Of a stretch of 64,000 bases of DNA, positions 54,891 to 64,000 are shown one piece after another; positions within the stretch are counted from its first letter, which is position 1, and each line of letters opens with the position of its first letter. Location of the stretch: NCBI GenBank assembly GCA_002633005.1, contig NMRA01000860.1, positions 53,432 to 117,431 of the forward strand, in the 5' to 3' direction. The translations under genes and the position numbers were made by a program. Below the pieces are notes generated by a model that had not been told where the DNA came from, did no database searches, and saw only the letters and a program-made list of their open reading frames with translations. The stretch comes from Phoronis australis (lineage: Eukaryota > Animalia > Phoronida).

Positions 54891-55022
54891 ATTGTCCTTC
54901 TGGTAAATATGGGGCAGACTGCGCTCAGACGTGCGGATCATGCAAGTTCGGTCACTGTAATCGTTTTACTGGTCATTGTATTACCGGCTGTAAAAATGGA
55001 TATTACACTGACAACTGTAAAG
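54891..55022 (+). CDS. Tie-like exon: EGF-like domain 3
   Basis: CPSGKYGADCAQTCGSCKFGHCNRFTGHCITGCKNGYYTDNCK; tttcag|...G|gtaagt; 132 bp. Confidence 0.93.
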
Positions 55023-57346
55023 GTAAGTGTGCACGCGAGACAAGATTATAACTGTAGTTGGTGGAAAATGTTATGGTATATTCAAGTATTTGGGCTTGTG
55101 GTTTAACATGACAGCGTTTTCCCGTTCAGTGATTTTACCAGATGTAGAGGGTTGTGAGCTTAAGATAACATCTAGCTTGAAGTTCTTTGTTAACTGCCAA
55201 GCACAGTCTTTTATCTGTTATGACAACAGGCAGGCCAATGGGGCTATTCGGAAAATTTACATTAAATAGAGGGCGCGCGTGTATTAGTGGTGGTAGATAA
55301 GCAGCCTCGATTTCGCAAGCCCTTTAAATACATGTACATGGTGAAATGGCTTACAGCCGTGCCAACTGAATCTGAGATTGCGTGAAAAGGTAGCTTCTAC
55401 GAGAGGAAGTAAGCAAGCTCTTATACAAAGGTAAGGTTTTTGATTATTTTAACGATTATTCCATGTTTATTCTACCGATGCCTGTTAACTTAGGTACTCG
55501 CCGATGTCGACTTCGCGGCAGTCGCCAGTCGGGTTAATCTCTGTTGTGATGTGCGTTCCGATACTTGACGTAGCACTCGGGATCTTTTCGTACATCAAAG
55601 CTGTATTATTGTTTGAAATGATTTCTGACAGGTTTATTAGTGACAGTTACATCAATGAATGCTGAATGTTTATGCTGTCAACTCGATATTGGTTAGTGAT
55701 TTAAGATTACAATCAAAGCCCATTGGCAAATGGTACGTGACAAATATCCCTATCCTATGTATTCCGGAAATCTATTACCCGTTGAAATGGAATCTATCAT
55801 GTCTGTTTTCACGTGACCTTTGGTTTGTAGATTTGAGGGCTTGTACCGTGCAGAGGAGATATGCATTGCTTCTGCACCGTTCCTGAATGGAAAAAAATTG
55901 GCAAGCATTTGACTGCAGCTAACCAGCAAGATCTTCCCATCCAGTGCAAATCTGTTGTCAAAGCCTACTTTCTATATTGGAGACAACGAACAAAACCTTT
56001 CAAAAGGAACATCTATTTTTAAAAGATATGCAAGTCATTTTGTTAATTTACTTATTCAGGTCCTTAGCGGGATATTGGCATATGGCGTTGGGGTTGTAAT
56101 ATTTGGTGCAACTTAATGTGTGGAAATAACAGGTAATACATGGGGGAAAGAGCAAGGTGAGGTAATCCTTAACCTTCATGAAATTTCTTCAAGTTTATTT
56201 CATGAAACTGTTTTGCTATCAGTTGTAAACCCATATATATATATATATATATATATATATTACATTTTCTGAATTCTCAGTGACTGAATAGTCTTAACTC
56301 ATGCCCTGAAATATTTCAAGTCGTTCATAAATTCAAATGACTGCCATTTTGATGGTGCGTTACGTTTTGTAATTACTCTTAAACAGCAGAAAGATCATCC
56401 ATCATTTTTTAAATGACCCAAGTCTTCGTATCTTCTATTAGAAGAAAAATAAAAAAGTTTGAGATAGGGTTCCCTCAGTTTTAGACCAGAAGTATGTTTG
56501 ACAGACCCATGGTTCTGTAATCGGAGTTTAAAATTGCTGAAAGTATCAAAAATAAAAAGGCTTGAAAATGGGTAACAAAGGTTTGAAATTGTCTAAAAAA
56601 AATTGCATATTTCGCAGACACGTGATGCGTTTAAAGAATTGTTATGGCTACGGATGAAAAATAGTTGTCGCAGTTTCATACAGTACTTATTATATACACC
56701 CTTGCTTTCTGAAAATAGTAATTATTTAATTTTGTGTGGAATTGTAGAGCAGTCACCATATCTTATTTTTGAAAAACAGGGGTAGCATTTTTGAACCAAC
56801 CTGAAGTAATTAATTATTCATATTTCAATATTTGTTCCAGGTTCACTGACATTTAAGGCCACTTCAAGCCACAACATATACAAGCTCTGTTACTCCTTAC
56901 TCTTCCCACAGCATTTCCACACACCAGCAGTGCTGCATGGCACAATGTACAAGTCAGTGGCCCTGGACAAATGTGAATCGCAGTACTAACTTACCATAAG
57001 ACAATGTGCCAGTGGTTTGTTTGTGTATGAAGATGAACTATATGTGACTGCTACACAAGTCAGCCTCGTTGGTGAGGATGCCATTTCATGGGCAATGAGT
57101 CATGTGTGTACAATAGCTTATTTCCTTTCCTGGAAGAAACATCAGGGACTGGAGCTAAAGAAGACATAGCGACACTCTGGTCTAGTTCAGTGTCAGATTT
57201 TGGCACAGAACGAGAGTCAAGTGACATGCTGTTGTGTCTACCTTCAAGGATCTACTTGTGGATGTTATTGAGACTGAATGAGATTACATGAAGGAAAGCC
57301 ACGTGCCGAAACTGGACATTTTTTAAAAGCGCTTCTATAGGCTATT

Positions 57347-58727
57347 TAGTCGGTGGGCCAGATTTTGTAGGGCCTCTAGAAAATGGTTTTTGTGAGTACT
57401 TTAGGGGGGCAATTTTATTTTGGTGTTTTTTAATTCATTTATTAGAGTGTTTTCAAAATCTAAAAAGTTCCCACATATAAAGTTGCACATTTTTGAGAAA
57501 TTTGAGTTTGAAGTTACCTAATAATCACCAAAGAGCTTAGTAAACTTATATTTGTAAAAACAACAGTTTTGGTGACTTTTTTGTAAAACAAGTAATATGG
57601 NNNNNNNNNNNNNNNNNNNNNNNNNNNNNNNNNNNNNNNNNNNNNNNNNNNNNNNNNNNNNNNNNNNNNNNNNNNNNNNNNNNNNNNNNNNNNNNNNNNN
57701 NNNNNNNNNNNNNNNNNNNNNNNNNNNNNNNNNNNNNNNNNNNNNNNNNNNNNNNNNNNNNNNNNNNNNNNNNNNNNNNNNNNNNNNNNNNNNNNNNNNN
57801 NNNNNNNNNNNNNNNNNNNNNNNNNNNNNNNNNNNNNNNNNNNNNNNNNNNNNNNNNNNNNNNNNNNNNNNNNNNNNNNNNNNNNNNNNNNNNNNNNNNN
57901 NNNNNNNNNNNNNNNNNNNNNNNNNNNNNNATGTATTTTTAAAAAACACGTACCTGTTTTTGAAAGCTATACTTCTTTCTCTTTCTTGAAATGTGGCCCA
58001 TAATGTACTTTTCCTGCTAACAAATGATGCACTCATGTTTCAGAATGTTCCTATCTTGTTCAGGTTAATTGGGTGTTTCAGATTTTGGAAGTATAATTGA
58101 TTTTCTTGGGAAATCTTGGATAACATCTGTATCACTTTCAGCAACTTCAGCTTTAGTACTTCTGTTGGTGCCTTGAAACGTTGCTATGCCGTTCTATGTC
58201 CTTTCAATTTTCTGGTTTAACACCTGGTATTCTAGTCTACAGCACTCAGCAGTATACTGTGTAGGCTACCAGGACATGCAGCTGACGGTTTTCTGCACAA
58301 ACGTTTGTGACACCTCTTCTGCTTTTTGATCTACTGATCTACAGAGTTCCACAGTCAATCAGATTTCGTCAGGAAGCTTTCCTAAGCTTCTTTAGGCTCT
58401 GACATCACAATTTTGTGCTGTTTGATAAACCTTGAATTATACAGGCATCACACTACATGGGAGCAGCCATATTGAAGTAACTAAGCACAACAATACAATC
58501 TGGCTCTCTGATTGGTCAATTCAATAGAAAAGCGCCATCAAGTGGCAGGAATGTACATCATATTTTGTGCAACAAAAACACCTTTTTTTAAAAAAATGTG
58601 CAAGTGTAGACGTGGGAACTTTTTGGAATTTGATTTCTAGGTATATTACCTAGCCACATAGAAAAAACTAGGTTGCCCCCCAAAGTACTCACAAGGATGA
58701 ACGCTACGAGATCTGGCCCACCGACTA
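57347..58727. mobile_element. Non-autonomous Academ-like DNA transposon spanning the assembly gap
   Basis: TIR TAGTCGGTGGGCCAGAT...ATCTGGCCCACCGACTA extending imperfectly for more than 100 bp; 3-bp TSD ATT at 57344-57346 and 58728-58730. Confidence 0.75.
57601..57930. other. Assembly gap (330 N)
   Basis: Run of N. Confidence 1.
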
Positions 58728-59333
58728 ATTGGAACTAAATCCCAGTGAAACGAAGAGCAAAAGCATCTGGTATAAATACCTGTCCTTTCTCACTGAGTGA
58801 CATTAACTTTTCCTTTCAGAAGAAAGGCTTTATAATAATGGTAAATCTTTTCAACTTCGCACAAATTATGGGTAAATGACATACAGTGACTGCATCGATT
58901 GTCTTATTGTCATTAGAAAGCCCTTTATTGTTACACTTTGATGATCGAATAAATTTTTCATCAACTAGCAAGTTTGTCACTAATTATTCAAACCACAATA
59001 TTTCTTCAATTTTAAAGCCCCATACAGTGCAATTGTGCTTATTTTATATCAAGATGAAATGATAACTGAATACGCATGAGAATTGTTATTTCCCTGTTGG
59101 CCTCTAGAAATGTGCAGCGATCAAAATGATGTATTCCCTTTGTTTGCATGAACTTTCTTAAGAAGGCCTTTGAAAATTTTAAGTATTGTGTTAACTTGTT
59201 TATAAACAAAAGTTCAACATGCAAGAAAAGTATGCTTTCAATTGTAGCTAGCTAAAAAGAATCTGCTATGCACAAAAATCGAGATTAAAACATTATTAGT
59301 GTAACAAAATGTCAAACTGAACAACCACATACA

Positions 59334-59580
59334 CATGCGTGCACCTAACCTAGGGGGGGGGGGGGNTCGGTGGGCTCGAATGAACCCCCCGTTTGGCGAA
59401 GTGGACAAAAAGGTCCGCCTCAGAGAAACAAAAAGTCCGAGAAAACGAGACGAGAGCGCGCAGTTCACAGTTCTGAAGGTGGTACCTCGTTTTTTGTAGT
59501 CCTCCAGCTTTTTGGTTAGCAAAAGGTCCACTTCTTGAGAAATTAGAGTCCCCCAAAACTAAAGGCTGGGTGCGCGCATG
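59334..59580. mobile_element. Short hAT-like MITE
   Basis: CATGCGTGCACC...GGGTGCGCGCATG termini, poly-G, repeated AAAAGGTCC; the flanking acataca repeat is only an approximate TSD. Confidence 0.5.
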
Positions 59581-60683
59581 ATACATACACAAACAACATT
59601 GTTATAAACAATTGTAATTTCCCAATGCAACGGAGTCCATAATCGGGCACATGAAACGCTTAAGTTCTGAATTAGGTTCAATTCTCCATGGTTATTGCTG
59701 AAGGATTACTTTTCACCTTGTCCAAAGGTAAAATAGACGGTCAGGCGGCTGGTTTCTGTCGTTTTCTCTCACCTGTAACAGAATAGTCAGAGGAATATAA
59801 GAAAATTATAAAAGGAAACGCAAGACAAAACTACTTTTGTAATACAGAACATACTTGAAGTTTCATCTTCATGTTTATACAATAATGTATGTAGAAACTA
59901 ATAATCTTTGAACCGAAGTCTTATGTTCCTTGAGCTTGAGACACGCGGAGTGTGTGATGCGCTGACCTAGTTTATGCAGAGAACCTGGCGAATGGCCAAA
60001 TTTAGCTATTTCAATGGTTCGGAACAGCACCAAGCTTTAGGATTTTGTTCCCTACAGCTAATCACATGAGACATACATTCACAAATTGATATGTACATGT
60101 GAATTGGAGGTATGGTAATAAACACACATTGCGTGTACACTATGTACTTTGTGGTATTACCACAGTCACATTTGTGTACAGTGAAATAACTATAAAAACG
60201 GACGTTCGACAAAGAGTGAAACGCGACAACAAAAATTGGATGACAATAACAAATAATACTTAAGAGCATAGATAACAGCACAGATTTTAGGTGATATTTT
60301 TGTTTCCTATCTCAAGCATGTATCCCATGTGTAGCGTAAACCCGTCTAAAGCTGCAAGCAAAATACATGCAGTACGTCTAGGCGTATTATAAAACCATTT
60401 GTTATTCGGAGGATTCTCCACCAGAACATGTTTGAGAATTAAATATGATGTGCTTTTATGGCACGCTTTTCGTCAAACCATTTGTTTGTAGCGTATGGGC
60501 CTAAACGGCATTGTCGTACAGATGATCAACATTAAAACGTTACATATTGACCTTCTGCAGTAGACTCCAATCTGAAGGCCCACCGAATGTGGAGATCTCC
60601 GAAATCAACTGGAAAGTTATTCTACCGTACAAACATGTACAGTAGACCAGCACGCCTTTGAAAATTCTTTTGTGCATTTCCAT

Positions 60684-60812
60684 AATGTAATGATGGGTGG
60701 TACGGCAAAAAGTGCCAAAGGCAATGCTGACTATGCAGTGACAATGAGGAATTTAATAAGTCTTCAGGCTACTGCAGTGAATGCCAGGGAGGGTACAATA
60801 GACCGCGTTGCG
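60684..60812 (+). pseudogene. Dead EGF-like pseudo-exon of the Tie-like gene
   Basis: CNDGWYGKKCQRQC*LCSDNEEFNKSSGYCSECQGGYNRPRC G|gtaag; acceptor reads CAT rather than CAG; in-frame TGA at 60728-60730; Phe at an expected Cys position. Confidence 0.75.
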
Positions 60813-62193
60813 GTAAGATCTGTGTAGTGTTAGCGAAAAATGTGAATAAGATCACGCAGAATTTGAAAATTAATATTTGAAAACAGTCAAATACAACTTC
60901 ATCGATCTCTGACCCCTTGTCCTCCAACAACTTCCTCCCCTGGACTCCTACGGCCATTTTCCGTCCTGAAAAAGAAGTCATTTGCAACCTAAAACTTTCT
61001 AAACAATTTGGGCGGGTCTTGTGAAAATGGAGCCCTAAGTTGCCGTGTTCCATGTTCATGGAGATATGCACGAGGGTAAGCATGGATAAACATTCTCCAG
61101 AGGCTGGTTTCATGAAAAGCGACTTCTAAAAAGACTTAAGTGGGATATTTGGTCTCACCCTTCCACGCCACAGTTATTAAATGAAGGTTTAGCCATGAAG
61201 TTGTTGTTATCTCACAACCCCCAAATAATCCATAAAATTACCTCAGTAAGTAGCGTGTATTCTCAGACACTTTTTGCTGGTGTGAGTCTAAAATATACTT
61301 CAGGAATTGTTATGTGGGGTGCAAGACCTATGGTCTTACTTAAAAGTCTCAAGTCACACTATATGAAACAGACACCTGGAGTTTTAATATGTGCAGTACA
61401 CCTAAATGGCAGTGTTTCATTATTCGACTACAGATACGTTAAGTATAGTGACAAATATGTATCGGCATTTGCTTTTGAGTCTTATTTTTATAAAGTTGGT
61501 GAATTATTGGTACTTTTCATTTACATGTATTCGTGTTGTTGCATGTTTATGGCAGAGTAAACACTGAAATGAATAACGTTCTTCACATGCTGATGTAAAC
61601 TCGATTCATCAACATGGGAAACTTTTTCGCCAGCTCATCGCATAAAGATCGGTAGATAGGCGTATGCATTGTTCACTTTGATTCTATTTCTGATAATAAA
61701 AGTAATGGCAAGCACTTTTCAGTAACCGACTGATGTGCGCCCAAGGTACATGTACGATGTGCATACGACCTGTATTGTAATCTCCAACAAAGAAGTAACA
61801 AAGGAAAACAATGGTAGTGCCGCATAAGCGATAACCATGCGACCCGCTTACGCCCGTCGCATGGATCTCGCCAGTTAAGCAATACTTTGCAATTTCCAGA
61901 CGACGTCATTTGGGTCATTTGGCAGTGTGCGAATGACTGGGCAAAAATCATCAGTAGTGGAGTCATATTCGTTTTTGTCGTGTAAGTTTGACTTGTACAT
62001 TATGCGATTCAAATTTTATTCTGCTACAACTCAGGGCCCATTGGCTCAGGAGAATATAGTGCGTTATCCTCTTGACGAAATTTTGTAATGTCATAATCTG
62101 AGTGTCCCCCCATTGCCAATTTGTTCAAATTTTTATGAGTCCTCATTATGCCTTTGCCTAACCATAATGACTTGTCCTTTTTACTTGCAAAAG

Positions 62194-62481
62194 TACCTAC
62201 ACTACGAAGTGCTGCAGAGGTCCGCGATATAAAATCTCAATCAGCAACTGTCTCCTGGGAACCGTTGGCGGACATGAGTGTCACCACCTACATAGTGGAG
62301 TACAAAAGTAAGAACCAAACGTCGTGGTCCGAAGACAGGTCGGCAAGGCCGGTTTTTTCGCTGAAAGGTCTTCAGCCGGATACAAAGTATAGAGTCCGAA
62401 TTAGGGCAGTGATCGAGGTACATAATGTGGAGAAAATTGGTCGCCCGAGTACAGTGGTTACTTTTACTACTCTCTGTGGAG
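62194..62481 (+). CDS. Tie-like exon: fibronectin type III domain
   Basis: VPTL..SATVSWEP..YIVEYK..W..LKGLQPDTKYRVRIRAV..GRPS..FTTLCG G|gtaag; 288 bp, phase 1. Confidence 0.92.
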
Positions 62482-64000
62482 GTAAGAACAGATTCGCAAA
62501 CAAATGTTTGTTCCTATAGCTCCGGTAGTTCTTAAAGATTAGAAATAACTTAAACCTATTGAATTATGCATATGCTACGTTTCTAGCTACTTCATTTTAT
62601 AGGACACGCATGTGCCCAACATGAAAACCAAAATTCCAATAATTAGCGAACTTACATGTGTATGGGTTTTAAACAATCAACGTATTGAGGACATGTTTAC
62701 AAAATATGATCTCTCTGATATCACATGACCAGCTGTTGTGTTACCCGCAATCCCATGGTCTTGAGGTTGCTTTTTGGTCAAGTCAGATTAGTGAACCCGT
62801 ACTCAGGCTGAAGACATGGTACACTGTATGAACTAAGGAACTTTATTAAAATTGTATTAAGAAATGATAATCATTGATCACCTTTAATCTACGGAACGGA
62901 CAGAAGTTATGAGAGTTTGACCATGACCGAATCAAAATCATTTCCCACAGCTTGTAGTGATTTAATTTTTGGGGTGCACTAGTTCACCCAGGTGGAGTTA
63001 AGAAAGTACGACATCAATATGGACTGCTTGCTACACCATTGACTTTGAAAATACAAGTTAAATGGAAACGGTATAAATATCTACATTTTTGAATAACTTC
63101 AACCAGTTGATGTTTTGAACTATAGTCTACGCATGGATTAATTGTAGACCATTTTGAACAGATAATTGGACCAATTCGGCTAAATGCTGCAGCCCATTTA
63201 CCTTGAACGAGATTTGTTGCTGGATTCGTTTCTCTGGCAATTACACCCCTAGTGCGTGGCGTCAGTTACATGTATGTGTCTCATAGACATTATCACCCGG
63301 TTTAGTAATTTCTTAGTGTTACTTGTATTTTTAGCTCAAATAGCATCAAATCTGAATTGTCATTTGACCTTAAATGTGCGCCAGGTTCAAAATCCCGATT
63401 GCCCATCTGAATTTTACTACATGGGATTGTGTTTCGTGTATATTATTAGAACTGTGAAATGAGTTCACGTCGACGTGAATTAGTTGAGGCAATAGCTTCC
63501 TTCCTAAGATAATCAATTCGATTTTTCAGTTTTACCGCAAAAATTAATTTGCGTTTACGTCTAATATATACAGAATTTATTTATAGCGTGCCATTATAAG
63601 CAAAATTCCAAACTAAATATTGAAATAAAAATAATATTCATACTATGTATATTATATATCCTGTGCAGTTTTTTGTTAATCTGCACCTTACCTCCTTAAC
63701 TGATGTGCAGGCTTTGGGGTTGCTGGCTTTGCCACCCCATTGGACGTTGCATATGGTAGAGACTTGCCCGAATTCCACCAGCCTACGCCAAAGTTCACCA
63801 AAGCTTTGGTTTTCAAAGCGAGATAATTAATGGAAAAAAACAACAAGAAAATTATTATAAATATGTTAGAATATATTGTTTGAAAAATTGACATTTAAAA
63901 TGTACAGCGACAAAAACAACGTAACTGTCATGAATTCTCATGATGATCAAGTGAAAGTGAGTCATATCCTGTTTTTTCATTGAACTCTGGCAAAAGGAAG

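Noticed and set aside
55831-56100. Possible third Ig exon after the acceptor-like TTTGTAG
   Set aside because: The frames I translated hit early stops and no Ig pattern is visible.
57518-58036. Long ORFs in the track
   Set aside because: Artefacts of the N gap.
60728-60730. In-frame TGA as selenocysteine
   Set aside because: It falls at a non-Cys position and co-occurs with a broken acceptor and a lost Cys; decay is the simpler explanation.

Overview
Eukaryotic, repeat-rich, AT-rich draft-genome DNA, most consistent with a marine invertebrate deuterostome (inferred from the Tie-like gene and the transposon families; not provable here). Bases 1-29000 are a transposon graveyard. They hold a pogo-like transposase relic with an in-frame OTU deubiquitinase domain and a PHD finger, a nest of DNA transposons (ISL2EU-like element containing a Harbinger MITE and a MULE, the MULE containing a Kolobok), a possible solo LTR, a decayed LINE, an apparently intronless USP/UCH protease relic and a second Kolobok. 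From about 30-32 kb to the window end lie + strand, phase-1 exons of a Tie/TEK-like receptor ectodomain (Ig-like, Ig, EGF x3, one dead EGF exon, FN3); the gene continues past the window. One intron carries a 13.7-kb array of non-autonomous Helentron-type elements that appear to have inserted repeatedly into their own microsatellite (5 stacked heads, 8 heads and 10 bodies in total). There is one 330-N gap and five single-N joins; at least two of these coincide with duplicated sequence. All coordinates and counts were read by eye.
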